From contig OZ244561.1 in assembly GCA_965217585.1 (NCBI GenBank), forward strand, positions 512,001 through 576,000: a stretch of 64,000 bases of DNA, written 5' to 3'. Position numbers and translations under genes: made by a program. Source of the stretch: Candidatus Latescibacterota bacterium. Its GTDB lineage: Bacteria > Latescibacterota > UBA2968 > UBA8231. The notes under the pieces are model-generated. The model was given only the letters and a program-made list of their open reading frames with translations. It did no database searches and was not told the origin of the DNA. This document shows positions 52,225 through 63,000 of the stretch, one piece after another (within the stretch, counting starts at the first letter, position 1; every line of letters starts with the position of its first letter).

Positions 52225-52590
52225 ATGCCCAGCGACGCGCTCCGCCTGCGCAACATGCGCTTTTTTGCCTACCACGGACTTTTCCCCGAAGAGACCGCAC
52301 TCGGCCAGCACTACGAAGTCGATGTCGAACTCTACGGCGATTTTCGCCAAGCAGGGCGCAGCGACGACATTGACGCAGCGATCAACTATCCAGAGGTGTA
52401 CGCGCTGGTGGCCGATGTAGTCACCGGCAAACCCTGCAAATTGGTCGAAGCTCTCGCCGAGCGCATCGCCGAGAAGGTGGGCACCCACTGCGCTCCGGTC
52501 GAACTCGTCGTCCGCGTGCGTAAACCCAACCCCCCAGTCGCCGCGCACTTCGACGGCATCGAAGTCGAAATACGCCGTTCCTATGCCTGA
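52225..52590 (+). CDS. folB: Dihydroneopterin aldolase
   Basis: FFAYHG...E...GQ, INY, LVEALAE and RKP motifs. Confidence 0.92.
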   Translation: MPSDALRLRNMRFFAYHGLFPEETALGQHYEVDVELYGDFRQAGRSDDIDAAINYPEVYALVADVVTGKPCKLVEALAERIAEKVGTHCAPVELVVRVRKPNPPVAAHFDGIEVEIRRSYA

Positions 52591-53095
52591 GCGAGCCTAT
52601 ATCGCCATCGGCAGCAACCTCGGCGACCGCCGCGCGTACCTCGAAGCTGGGATCAAAGAAGTCGCCGCACTCCCCAACACGCGCCTTGCGGCGGTCTCCC
52701 TCGCCTACGAAACCCGGCCGCTGGGGCCGGTCGCGCAACCGGATTTCCTCAACGCCGTCTTTGCCATAGAAACTTCGCTCGCCCCCGAGCCGCTGTTAGC
52801 CGCCCTGCTCGCCGCAGAAAAAAAACACCAGCGGCAACGCCATATTCACTGGGGGCCGCGCACCCTTGATCTCGACCTGCTCCTCTATGGCGAGCGCGTC
52901 GTCGAAAACGCGGATCTGACCCTGCCGCATCCGCGCATGAACGAGCGGCGCTTTGTGCTAGTGCCCCTCTGCGAAATCGCCCCCGACCTGCACCATCCCA
53001 TCACCGGCCTACCTTTTGCCAACCACCTCGCCGCGCTCGCTGATGTCGGGGACGCCCGCGCCGTCGGCCCTCTCATCCTCCCCGCCACCGCATGA
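52583..53095 (+). CDS. folK: 2-amino-4-hydroxy-6-hydroxymethyldihydropteridine diphosphokinase
   Basis: IGSNLGDR, QPDFLN, WGPRTLDLDLL and LPHP motifs. Confidence 0.95.
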   Translation: MPERAYIAIGSNLGDRRAYLEAGIKEVAALPNTRLAAVSLAYETRPLGPVAQPDFLNAVFAIETSLAPEPLLAALLAAEKKHQRQRHIHWGPRTLDLDLLLYGERVVENADLTLPHPRMNERRFVLVPLCEIAPDLHHPITGLPFANHLAALADVGDARAVGPLILPATA

Positions 53096-53946
53096 AACGC
53101 ATACACCCAGTCGCGGAAATGCAGGCTCAGTCCGACGCTTGGCGCGGCGCGGGCCTGTGCATCGGGCTGGTGCCGACGATGGGTTTTTTGCACGAGGGAC
53201 ACCTCAGCTTGGTCGATCACAGCCTCGAAGCCGCGGACCGCACGGTCGTCAGCATCTTCGTCAACCCGCTGCAATTCGGGCCGAAAGAAGACTTCGCCAT
53301 CTATCCGCGCGACATGGAGCGCGACCTCGACCTGCTGTCCCGCCGGGGAGTCGATGCGGTCTTCCAACCGGGAACGGTGGAATTCTATCCCCCCGATTTC
53401 TCGACCTTTGTCGAAGTCGAAGAGCTAACCAAGGGCCTGTGCGGCCCCTTCCGCCCCGGGCACTTCCGCGGCGTCACCACCGTAGTGACCAAGCTATTCA
53501 CCGCCGTCAAACCACACCTAGCAGTCTTCGGCCAGAAAGACTACCAGCAGACGGCCGTCATTCGTCGGTTGGTGCGCGATTTGAACTTGGACTTGCGCGT
53601 TGAGGTCGCCCCTACCGTGCGCGAAGCAGACGGCTTAGCCATGAGTTCGCGCAACATCCTCCTCAGCGCAGAAGAACGACAGCGTGCATCAGCCCTCTAC
53701 AAAGCGCTCACAATGGGCCGAGAACGGATCGAACAGGGCGAGCGCGACGCCAGCCAAATCATAGCCGAGATGCGGGCGCACATCGAGCGCACACTCGACG
53801 CGTCCATTGACTACATTTCTATCGCGCACCCGGACACGCTCGAAGAAATAGCCCATATCACCGGCCCGATCGTCATCGCCCTCGCCGTGCGCCTGTCCAA
53901 CGTCCGGCTGATTGACAACATTATCGCCGCACCGCTCGGCTACTAG
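53092..53946 (+). CDS. panC: Pantoate-beta-alanine ligase
   Basis: PTMGFLHEGH, FVNPLQF, RPGHF, FGQKDYQQ, AMSSRN and RLIDN motifs. Confidence 0.96.
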   Translation: MKRIHPVAEMQAQSDAWRGAGLCIGLVPTMGFLHEGHLSLVDHSLEAADRTVVSIFVNPLQFGPKEDFAIYPRDMERDLDLLSRRGVDAVFQPGTVEFYPPDFSTFVEVEELTKGLCGPFRPGHFRGVTTVVTKLFTAVKPHLAVFGQKDYQQTAVIRRLVRDLNLDLRVEVAPTVREADGLAMSSRNILLSAEERQRASALYKALTMGRERIEQGERDASQIIAEMRAHIERTLDASIDYISIAHPDTLEEIAHITGPIVIALAVRLSNVRLIDNIIAAPLGY

Positions 53947-53980
53947 ATAGCCGACTCTTAGTAAAGGAGAACAAAACGCA

Positions 53981-54664
53981 ATGGCTTCCAATATCGCCAA
54001 GGTAGACAAGCGATTCTTGTGCCCTGGGCCGCTGCCAAATGGCATCCAAGCTGCCCCCGACGGCCTGTGGGTCATCGACCAAGCCGATAACAAAGTGTAC
54101 AAGTTGGATTATGGAACCGGCGAGACCTTGTTCGCAGCCCAGACCGATACGGTCCACTCCAGCGGCATTACCGTGGGAGATGGGTATCTGTGGATCGCCT
54201 CTACCTATGAACTCAAAATTGCCAAACTAGAACTGGCAACGGGCCGCACCATCGCCAAATACGACTCGCCCGGGGCCGGCATCACAGCGCCTCGGGAGGG
54301 TACCGCAGACGCACGTACCACCGGCTCCCACGGCTTAGAATGGAAAGACGGCAAGCTATACGTGGCCACGCCACCTTCTCAGATGGTCCACGTTATGAAC
54401 CCCGACACTTGGGGAGAAGAACACCAATTTCGCACCCCCGGTCTTCGCAATCACGGCCTCGCTTGGGGGCCGGATGACAGGCTGTGGGTGGCCGACACCT
54501 CGGCCGGCACCGTCAGTCTGCTCGACACCAAGGATGGGCGGGTCTATGACGTCATTCGGGTGGCCGCCCCCGATGAGGTACACGGATTGACCGCGCACCA
54601 AGGCGTCTTGTGGTACTGCGACGCCAACACCCGCGACATTGGCACTCTCGCGTTGGAGGACTGA
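53981..54664 (+). CDS. Cytoplasmic beta-propeller protein (Vgb/glutaminyl-cyclase-like repeats)
   Basis: Repeated (N/S/H)G(I/L)x(W/A)...LW blades; AAGGAG RBS; no signal peptide. Confidence 0.7.
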   Translation: MASNIAKVDKRFLCPGPLPNGIQAAPDGLWVIDQADNKVYKLDYGTGETLFAAQTDTVHSSGITVGDGYLWIASTYELKIAKLELATGRTIAKYDSPGAGITAPREGTADARTTGSHGLEWKDGKLYVATPPSQMVHVMNPDTWGEEHQFRTPGLRNHGLAWGPDDRLWVADTSAGTVSLLDTKDGRVYDVIRVAAPDEVHGLTAHQGVLWYCDANTRDIGTLALED

Positions 54665-54729
54665 GTTTGCGGCATCGGGGCTGACGTCTGAACCTGATAG
54701 GGAATTCGATAAGGGGTTTAGTCCAACCT

Positions 54730-56316
54730 TCACCGGACCAGCATCAACCGGTGCGTCCGCGTTTCCCCGCCGGCCTTCAACACGGCCCAATACGCCCCGC
54801 TGGCCGCGCGCTCACCGCTCCAGTGCGCCAAGTGCTTCCCGGCCGCGAGCCGCTCCGCCACCAAAAGGGCCAGACGCTGGCCCAAGGCATTGTATATCGC
54901 CAACTCGACGTCCGCTTCCCTTGCCAAGCGAAAGGGCAGGTTCACCGCGCTGTTGGCCGGGTTTGGATAAGCCGGTGCCAAGTCGCTGGCCCCGGCCCGC
55001 TCCTCTGCCTGCATGGCTACGACTGTAGGCGTAACATACCGGGCCGCGAGGGCAAAATCTCCGCCCGTCGGCGAGGCTCTGCCGACAATGACTGCCACGC
55101 TATCTATCGCCGCGGCCTGCACCTGCCCTGTGTTGTCCGCGCTAAGTTCCATCGCTATCAGCTCGCCGCGCTGGCCATGCATGGCGTACACCCACACGGC
55201 ATAGCGCCCCTCGGCCGCGCCGGCGAAATCAACGGCTACATCGCCCTCCGAGCGAATAACCACATTGGCCGCGCCCCATTGGTTGCCAACCTCGCCGGCC
55301 AGTTCCGCGAAAGGCACCTCGGGCGCGGCAACCGCAGCGGCGCGGCGGCCGCGCAGAGCCTCGTACCCAGTCGCATAGTTGGCCGCGATCCACAAGCGCC
55401 ACGCACCCGCGTAGTCCTCGACCCAGTTTTGGTTTTTGAAGGCGTCGTCAATGCCCAGAATGCCGTTGCGCGGCTCAGCGACGATTTGGCGAATCAGCCC
55501 CGGACCATAGCGCTCGGCCAAAAACGAGGCGAACAGATAGGTTTTGCCGTAGCTCGCCGAATTGAACACCCAGAGCGTTAGATCGCGGCTCGGATCGGCG
55601 AGAAAATCCGGCACCATGTTCGGATCGGCCTCGGGAAAACCCACCAGTTCCTCGGCGTACCCAGAAAGCCCTTCGTCGATCCATCTCTCCTCGTCGGAAT
55701 CGCGGCCCCAATGGATTAGATGCTGGAATTCGTGCGCTAAGGTTGCGTGGGCGAGATAGGCGCTGAAGGCCACCTTGCTCGCGTCGAGGTAAATCGTATC
55801 GCGCCGCAATTCGGGTTGCGCCCGCTCGTACAGTTCATCGTCGAAATAGCCGATCACGCGCTCGTCGGGAATGTCCAAAACCAGGATAAAGATGCGGGGA
55901 TCGCCGTCCTCATCGGCAGGCTCGCCAAAGGCATCGACCGCTATTTCAAATATCCCGCGCTCGGGATCGGCCGGGGTCGCCGCGTCAAAAAGCGCGCCCA
56001 GCTTATCCACATCTGGCTGGGCTGCGATAATGTCCCACTGGCTTTCCTCGACGAAGATATAGCAGTGCGTCCCCTTGTAGCGACAGGTAGCCAACTTGAG
56101 CACGGGTTCAAGCGGTGCGTAAAAGGCGAGCTGAGTCCCCACTTCAATGGGGCCTAGCTCTTGACTTGCGCCGACTGCCTTGGCGGCTGGCGAGGGGAAA
56201 GAAGCGCGGTGCTGTTCGAGCCAGCGCGTCCCGCATATCCGCTCTTCGGCTGCGGCCGCCAGCGGCAGCGAGAGCATCCACGCGGCTAAGGCAACCCGCG
56301 GAAAAAAGCAGGCCAT
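54730..56316 (-). CDS. Secreted zinc metalloprotease (M30/gluzincin-like) with T9SS-type C-terminal domain
   Basis: Signal peptide; ICGT pro-region; HEFQH...WIDEGLS; AYPNP...IYNALGQ...ASGAYW CTD. Confidence 0.8.
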   Translation of the reverse strand: MACFFPRVALAAWMLSLPLAAAAEERICGTRWLEQHRASFPSPAAKAVGASQELGPIEVGTQLAFYAPLEPVLKLATCRYKGTHCYIFVEESQWDIIAAQPDVDKLGALFDAATPADPERGIFEIAVDAFGEPADEDGDPRIFILVLDIPDERVIGYFDDELYERAQPELRRDTIYLDASKVAFSAYLAHATLAHEFQHLIHWGRDSDEERWIDEGLSGYAEELVGFPEADPNMVPDFLADPSRDLTLWVFNSASYGKTYLFASFLAERYGPGLIRQIVAEPRNGILGIDDAFKNQNWVEDYAGAWRLWIAANYATGYEALRGRRAAAVAAPEVPFAELAGEVGNQWGAANVVIRSEGDVAVDFAGAAEGRYAVWVYAMHGQRGELIAMELSADNTGQVQAAAIDSVAVIVGRASPTGGDFALAARYVTPTVVAMQAEERAGASDLAPAYPNPANSAVNLPFRLAREADVELAIYNALGQRLALLVAERLAAGKHLAHWSGERAASGAYWAVLKAGGETRTHRLMLVR

Positions 56317-56921
56317 CAGTAGAAATGCCGCACCAAGAAGAAAGACGCTCCCGCAGGCCCCACCGCCACCTTGGGCGCGAAGCCAGTCTGCGCTTGATCC
56401 GCGCCGGCCACCCGTGCCGCATGGATGGCAGCCACGAGGTGATTAGCGACTACCAATCCCGTCATATAGAGCGCCTGCCGCTGCGCGTGCTGGCTCGCAT
56501 TGCGCAACTCTCGATAGCGCTGGCGCGACTCGTCGCGATCCCATTCCCAGAAGAAGTCCGCGGCCACAGGATAGAGCGCAGCCTCCGGGCCGTCCTTGTA
56601 GCGGGCGAACTGGTTGTGCTCCAGCCGACTCGCATAAAATCCCAAGTCGTCGAAATAGGCGCGCCCCTTGCCCTCGGGCCGCGCACCTGCGCGTTCCGCC
56701 GCATACGCCTGGTACCGATCGCGGCGCACCTGACCCAGCCACTCAAAACCCCAATAGCCGCCCCAAAGCGCCAACTCAGCGGCCAAAAAGCTACCGCCGC
56801 CGCCTCGGGCGTACTTCTGCCCCCAACCGGGCACTAGCAAGGAGCGCCAAAACGCTCCTTGGGACTTCCCGGCCTCAGCCACGCCGGGCAGCAACAAAAC
56901 CAACGCAATCCATCGCCACAT
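56316..56921 (-). CDS. DUF5683-like membrane/secreted protein
   Basis: KS..AFWRSLLVPGWGQKY and NHLVAAIHAA motifs. Confidence 0.7.
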   Translation of the reverse strand: MWRWIALVLLLPGVAEAGKSQGAFWRSLLVPGWGQKYARGGGGSFLAAELALWGGYWGFEWLGQVRRDRYQAYAAERAGARPEGKGRAYFDDLGFYASRLEHNQFARYKDGPEAALYPVAADFFWEWDRDESRQRYRELRNASQHAQRQALYMTGLVVANHLVAAIHAARVAGADQAQTGFAPKVAVGPAGASFFLVRHFY

Positions 56922-56925
56922 CAGC

Positions 56926-57867
56926 TCAATCCAACGGTTTGTACGCCACGAACATGGGTACGCGCGCCCGCACCCAAGGCTGCATGACTAACGCGAAGCG
57001 CGTCCGCCGCCGCAGGGCCGCTTCGTCGGCACCCGCAGCGCGCGCCCGCGCCACCCGCGCCGCGTCAATGGCGCTGATAACGTGGTTGATCAGGATGACC
57101 CCGCTTACCGTGGAGGCTCGCTTGAGAAAGCGATTGCTCTCGTCGCGGTCGTCTTCGTAGCGGAGCCGCCGCTCGGAATGGAAATTTTCGACCGAATCGA
57201 CTTCGGTCGGCACAGCGGCATTGCCAGTACTGCCACCGCGCCTCAGATCATCCCAACCGGCGACAAATTGGTCGTATTTGCCAATCAACTCGTAGTATTG
57301 CTGAATCTGGCTCGGCGCGCACCCGCCAAAAACCTCACTCCTATCTAGCGCACTCAGTTTTTCCCCCGCCTGTAGTTTCCCTTCTCTTCTCGCCTCAACA
57401 ATGTACCCGTGGACCTCGCTACTACAAGGCAGCGCGTGCGTGATTGACGAATTGTTCGAGATCGTCGATTCACGCCAAAGAATGTAGTCTTCCGGATCCC
57501 AGTGCTCGTCGGCTACTGCCCGGAACTCTTCCACTACATCGTTGCCCTTGCCCTTCCAAGCCGCCCACATGCCTACCAGCGCGGCTTCGGCCCCGAAAAA
57601 AGCTAACGCCCGCTTCTTCGACCCCGCATACCACTCGCCCAACCCCGGCACCAGCGCGGAAAGCAAAAACGCCCGCTTGGACGACTTGCCCTTGCGCGTC
57701 TCTGTGCGCGGCATCGGTGCCGGCTCAGGATCAGCATCGCCTTCCACCGCCCGCAATCCCACCAAAAACGCCTGTCCCTCCTCGCTCAAAATACTCGGCA
57801 ATCCCTCGGCCCGGACGCTAGCGGCAGTTAACACGGCAACCACCAGCGCGATTCCTGTTCTCGTCAT
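56926..57867 (-). CDS. DUF5683-like membrane/secreted protein
   Basis: KSSKRAFLLSALVPGLGEWY, QQYYELIGKYDQFVAGW and NHVISAIDAA motifs; AAAGGAG RBS. Confidence 0.72.
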   Translation of the reverse strand: MTRTGIALVVAVLTAASVRAEGLPSILSEEGQAFLVGLRAVEGDADPEPAPMPRTETRKGKSSKRAFLLSALVPGLGEWYAGSKKRALAFFGAEAALVGMWAAWKGKGNDVVEEFRAVADEHWDPEDYILWRESTISNNSSITHALPCSSEVHGYIVEARREGKLQAGEKLSALDRSEVFGGCAPSQIQQYYELIGKYDQFVAGWDDLRRGGSTGNAAVPTEVDSVENFHSERRLRYEDDRDESNRFLKRASTVSGVILINHVISAIDAARVARARAAGADEAALRRRTRFALVMQPWVRARVPMFVAYKPLD

Positions 57868-57920
57868 GTTTGCTCCTTTCCATTGCGGCAGTACCCCAAA
57901 GCGCGACCGGCTATTATACC

Positions 57921-58124
57921 CTAATCGCCTTCACATTCGAGATGATTTCTCAACACATTCTTGACGTAGGTCGTCGTCTCTTCTCCCACTTTTCCTGCTG
58001 TCTCTTTCAATTGGTCATACTCGGTCACTTCCTCACCTACCCAGAGAACATCCAGCCTGCGAATCTCTCGCATTGCTACATGACTATAGGATTCTGGAAA
58101 CGCCCAATAGCATGACCGGCAGTT
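57921..58124 (-). pseudogene. C-terminal remnant of an SphI-like HNH restriction endonuclease
   Basis: Manual translation NCRSCYWAFPESYSHVAMREIRRLDVLWVGEEVTEYDQLK...EGD*; no upstream start, in-frame stop about 40 nt upstream; directly behind the methylase. Confidence 0.75.
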
Positions 58125-59044
58125 GCTGATTCCAAAGCGAGCTCCTGCTGAATTTGCGGTATTCTATCACGTCTCTGCCCATCGTTCAAACGCTCCACCA
58201 AAGCCGGCGAAAGATACAGAGATTCGACGGTCTCGCTCTTGTCACCCAGGAGCGTGGCTTGGCTTGAGCGTCCGGCGCTAATGTGCAAATGAGTGAGGGA
58301 AAGCGAGCGGGGAAGCGGCTTGCCGTGACTTTTTTCGCCGGTTTTCCCGTCGTAGCTCGCCATGTAAGAAAGCCCCCGGTCGTTCATGGCTTGGAGCGCG
58401 TCTGCGAACTCGGCATAGCTCAGCCCGCTGCAATACCTGTGATCTCTCGTAAAGGACGTGCCCTGATAGGGTGGGTCCATGTAAATGAGGTCCTCTTTCG
58501 CGGCCTCCGCGACCACTGCGCGAAAATCGACTGCGGAAAGCGTGGTTTTTCCGACGAGCAGTGCGTGAACGCCGAGTATCTGGCGCTGCATAAGTATGGG
58601 ACGCATGCCCGACCGTCGGTTGTCCGCGCTTTGATTGAACAGGCCCTCGGCACTGTACCGCACCGAGCCTTTTACTATGCGCGCCAGCAGATAGAGCAAA
58701 TGATGAGGCCGATGTGCAGCATTGAACTTATCGCGGATGCCGAGGAAGAAGGTCTTTTTATCCGGGTGCTGTTCCGTCCACAGCCGCTCGTAGTTTTTGC
58801 TAAGCTCATTTGGCCGCTGCAAAATTTCTTCCCATAGCGCCATCAACGGTTCGTTCAAATCATTGAGCCAAAATCGCTTTGCGAGCCCGTGTGCGGCCGC
58901 GGCAAGAGAAATGGCACCAGACCCGCAAAAAGGCTCAATGAGGCAATCGACATCGCGCGGAAAATGCGTGAGGATATGCCGTGCAATGCCGCGCTTACTA
59001 CCCTGATAAGGAAATGGATGCGGAATTGCCATGTGCTGCAACAT
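58076..59044 (-). CDS. Dam/D12-class N6-adenine DNA methyltransferase
   Basis: PYQGSKR, EPFCGSGA and YMDPPY motifs; visibly lower GC; alternative start at 59032. Confidence 0.9.
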   Translation of the reverse strand: MLQHMAIPHPFPYQGSKRGIARHILTHFPRDVDCLIEPFCGSGAISLAAAAHGLAKRFWLNDLNEPLMALWEEILQRPNELSKNYERLWTEQHPDKKTFFLGIRDKFNAAHRPHHLLYLLARIVKGSVRYSAEGLFNQSADNRRSGMRPILMQRQILGVHALLVGKTTLSAVDFRAVVAEAAKEDLIYMDPPYQGTSFTRDHRYCSGLSYAEFADALQAMNDRGLSYMASYDGKTGEKSHGKPLPRSLSLTHLHISAGRSSQATLLGDKSETVESLYLSPALVERLNDGQRRDRIPQIQQELALESATAGHAIGRFQNPIVM

Positions 59045-59046
59045 CT

Positions 59047-60014
59047 CTACTGCCTCTGCATCACGACAATGCGATTCGAATTCGTTCCGCGCTCGTTGTT
59101 GTCAACGCCCCACATATTCGAGGTCTTGGTAAACGTCTGTTCGTTGATTACGATGCAGACCGGTTTCCATGCCGTCTCTTGCGCAACCTCGGCGACTACG
59201 CGATCGAGCAACAGCGATCCCCGCCGGATTTCGCCCACCTCAAATGCAAACACCCCGCCAGGGCGCGCAATCGCGGCTACGCTTTCCAACACGCCGTGCA
59301 CCAGCGCCTTCCATTCTGCGAGCTTGCGAGTCTGCGTGATGCGAATTGCATCGGGATCGACGCCGACGAACCAACAGCGCATCCAGTTGTCCTTTTTGTA
59401 GTTCACGATGTCCATGAAGGGCGGCGAGGTCGCCGCGAGCGCCACCCGAGGACCGTCGTATTCAAAGGGCGCATCGACCGCTTGTTGAAAAAACCTCGGC
59501 TGCGCCCCTTGGGTGCCTGCGCCTCCGCATCCCGCAAAAGCGCACGCGTCTTGCGCAGGATCAACTGCGCGACATCGCGGTACTCGGGCCGCTGGCCGCG
59601 CCGCGCGGCGACCTCGGACAGGGTCGGCGGATCCAACCGCGCTTCCACAAGAACGCGGGACAGGGGATTGACGTCGTTGCCTAGCGCGTCCCGTCCGAGC
59701 AAGACCGCTTCGAGCAACGTCGTCCCGCGCCCCATAAACGGGTCGAACACCACGTCGCCGGGGTCCGTCAGCCGCTCGATGAAAAAGCGCGGCAACTGCG
59801 GCTTAAAACACGCCCGATAGGAAACCTCGTGCAGCGAGTGCGCGGCGCGTTGCTTGGACGTCCAGAACTCATTGGCGAATACGGGAATGCCGTCGCGTTC
59901 TGCAACGACTGTCTCCTTGCCGTAGCGCCGCCATTGTTCAAGCTCGCGTCTGAACTCGTCGAGCACCAGACATCCCTTACCAATAAAAGGAACCTGGCGT
60001 TGCACTTGTTGCAA
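59047..60014 (-). pseudogene. Frameshifted and apparently internally deleted amino-type (N4/N6) DNA methyltransferase
   Basis: DPFMGRGTT (motif I) in ORF 59403-60014 and TSPPF (motif IV) in ORF 59047-59445 lie in different frames. Confidence 0.8.
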
Positions 60015-60040
60015 TATACACCCCTAACGATCTGCGTCCC

Positions 60041-63000
60041 CTACAAATACCCGAACAACACCGTAAAATACGACTTCCACCGCCCCTTATATTCTACCTC
60101 GTCAATCCCATACGCCACATCCACCTGCACCCGCGTCGGCACGCTGTAATAAGAAATCAAGTCAAAGCGCAACTGCCCCCCCACATCCCGCAGCGGGCCG
60201 TCGCGGCCATACCGTTCGTTCCACTCGCCTATATTCTGATCCCAAGCCTTGCCCATACTGGTGTACACCGCGCCATAGACTTTGTCGAAATATAGCTGCG
60301 CAACGCGTTTGCCCATATCCGGCAGCAGGGGAAAGCGCAGCGTCGCCGTGCCCATCAGGGCCTTGCGCCCCTCGATGCTGTAAAAAGTATAGCCCTTCAT
60401 AAAGTTGAGGCCGCCGAGGCGGTAGTCGAAGAAATCGCCGACCCGCGACGTGTCGTTCACTGCGTCGCTGTCGATCCAGCCGCCGTACAGCCGCAGGCCC
60501 AAGCGGGTATTGGCGGGCATGGCCATGTATTCCTTCCAATCGACGGTAAACTGATTGTAAAAGAGCTTGATGTAATTCTCGTCGATAAAAGACGCCTGCT
60601 CGTTAAAGCCGTCGATAAAATAGTTGAACATCCGGTCGTAGCGCGCGTAGAGCTGGCGGCCCACAGGGCTTATATCGCGGTCCCGCCGCCGCGCAATCAG
60701 CTCCATCCGATAGGTCAACCCCAAGCCAAAGCCGTTGAGATAGGTATAGCCAAAAGGCCGCTGGGCGGTGCGCTCGAAACCGACCTGTCCGTCGCCTTTG
60801 CAGACGAGGCAGTCGCTCTCGACGCTGGCGTCGTAGCGGTCGTACGTGGCCGAGGCCGTCAGCTCCCCATGGCGACCCAATTTGCCGCGCACCCCTGCGC
60901 TGAGCTGGCTCAAGCTATAGTTGACGGCGTTGACAATGATCGTCCGCGCTTCCGAGCTATCGCCGCGAGCCGAGTGCCGGCGCTGGTTGAATACCTGTAA
61001 AAAGAAAGTGGGGCGGAATCCCTTGAACTCGTATATGGCGAATAGATCGCGGTCGGCGTTGGTCGGCGCAATGGCACCCCCGACGAATACGCTCTGGCGG
61101 TTGAGCACATCGCCGGCACCGAGGTACGCGCCCGCCTTGAACTGCCCCTCGTCCATGAACAGCCTCGGCAGAATCCCAGTCTTGAGGAAGTCGATGCCAT
61201 ACGCTTGGGGCTCGCCCGGCAACGCGGGTGCCGACGTGCCACGCCAATCCAGCGGCATGTCTTGGGAAAACCACGCCTCTTCAGCCGCAACCAGCGTCCC
61301 CTCGTCCTGCAACTGGCGAATCTCAAAGCCAGCCGCCGTATAAGCCGTAAAGACGAGCTCGCCCTCCGAGCCGACCGATGGGCTAAATGCGCCGCCGATA
61401 GTATTAGTTATCTGCCGCAGCGCGAGCGTTTCCAAATTGAGGGCATAAATATTGAAAATGCCGCTGAAATCCGAGGCAAAGACGATCTCCGTGCCGTCCG
61501 CGCTCCACGCTGGGTCCCGGTCCGTGCCGGGTGTGGCAATGGCGAGGTCGAATGCCCCTTCGGCCAGCAGGGGTGTTGCGGCAGCAGCGTCCGCGTCCAG
61601 TTGCACCACGGCGAGGTCGCGCTGTCCCTCGCGCGAGATTGCAAACGCCAGCTTGCGTCCGTCGGGCGAAAAGCGCGGCGTGTAGAGCTGGGTGCCGTCC
61701 GCGAAGTGGGTTAGATAGCGCAGTCCCGTGCCGTCGGCCCGCATCATCGCCAAGTTGTTGCTGGTGTCCTTGTTTTGCACGAAGACGATCCACTCGCCAT
61801 CGGGCGAATAGGTCGGATACAACGCACGCAGCCCGCGGGTCAGCCGCTTGACGCGCGGCGTCTCCGGCGCCGTGCCGCTAACCATGGCCGGCACCAACCA
61901 CAGCATATTGCGCCAAAAACTAGGGCCAGCGGCAGCGGAATTCCACTCGTAGATATCTGCCTGCCGCGAACCGTATTTGTCCGCTCGGTCAATGCGCGAA
62001 AAGAGCAGCCTGCTCCCGTCCGGCGACCAATCCACGGTCGAAGCCGCCGCTGGGAACGCTGCGACTTCCTCTTCGCCGGTAGCGAGGTCGCGGACGATCA
62101 AACCGTGTGGGTAGTGGTGCCGCTTGCGCGTCGATAGATACGCCAATTGCTCGCCATTGGGCGCGAGCCGCGGCCGCAGATTGGAAAAGCCGACATCCAC
62201 GATCCGCTCGCCCTCGCGTAGCGGCCCCAACGCCGCTACCTGCGCCTGATAGCCCTGCCGCAGGGACTCGATCCACTCGCCGTATAGCTCGTCCGCGCTC
62301 TTGCCCAAGACCTTTTTGCACGCCCCGTCAATGGCGAGGGTATGCCATTGCGACGCGGCCCGGTACAGCGCGGCGATTTTTTCTTCGCCGTATGTCTCGG
62401 CGATGTAGCGCACCAAGCCAAAACCGTGGTCGTACACGTATTCGTTGCCAAAGCCCTGCTTGCCAAAGACGCCCATCTGGTCGAAGGATAGCTGCTCGTC
62501 CGCCAGCACCAAGGAGCGGAGCACCATGTCGCGGTTGGCATCCCAGCGGTCGTGCCCCGTAGTCGCAGTCCCGTACTGGGCCGCGCCCTCGGCCAGCCAC
62601 ATCGGCACCACCGTGCCCATCACCGGATAGGAAGCAATGACGTCTGGATAGCCGATGAGAATATCCGGCCGGTTTTTCTCCCGCTGGTAGCCAAAGTACT
62701 GCAAGTAGAGCGCGGGGACGCGCTGCACGCCTTTGCGCGCCGCCCCTAGCGAAACGATGTGGGCAAATTCGTGGGTTATTACGTTGCGCAGCCAGTCTGA
62801 ACTACCGCGCAAGTCGAAGTCGTGGTCGAGCGACGTGGCCCAAATCTCAATGGTGTCTTGATAGAAAAAAGCCGCGCCATTGGCGTAGTCGTCGTGGTCC
62901 TTGAGCACAATCCGCACGCGCCCGTCGGGCGCGTACCCATATAGCTCGGTAATGGACGCGTACGCGGCTTCGGCAATGCGCGCCGCCCGCGCCGCCGCCC

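Noticed and set aside
54665-54729. Possible IS or REP remnant between convergent genes
   Set aside because: No convincing inverted repeat or second copy found
57870-58115. 81-aa plus-strand ORF
   Set aside because: Antisense to the endonuclease relic, which explains the region better
58981-59820. 279-aa plus-strand ORF opposite the split methylase
   Set aside because: No motifs; the minus strand carries clear methyltransferase motifs
60000-60014. TTGCA-N5-TGCAA palindrome as a second SOS box
   Set aside because: Arm sequence and spacing differ from the lexA site
57900-60040. Direct repeats bounding the methylase islet
   Set aside because: The similar flanks (TATACCCTAA and TATACACCCCTAA) are imperfect and better read as -10 boxes; no integrase or transposase present
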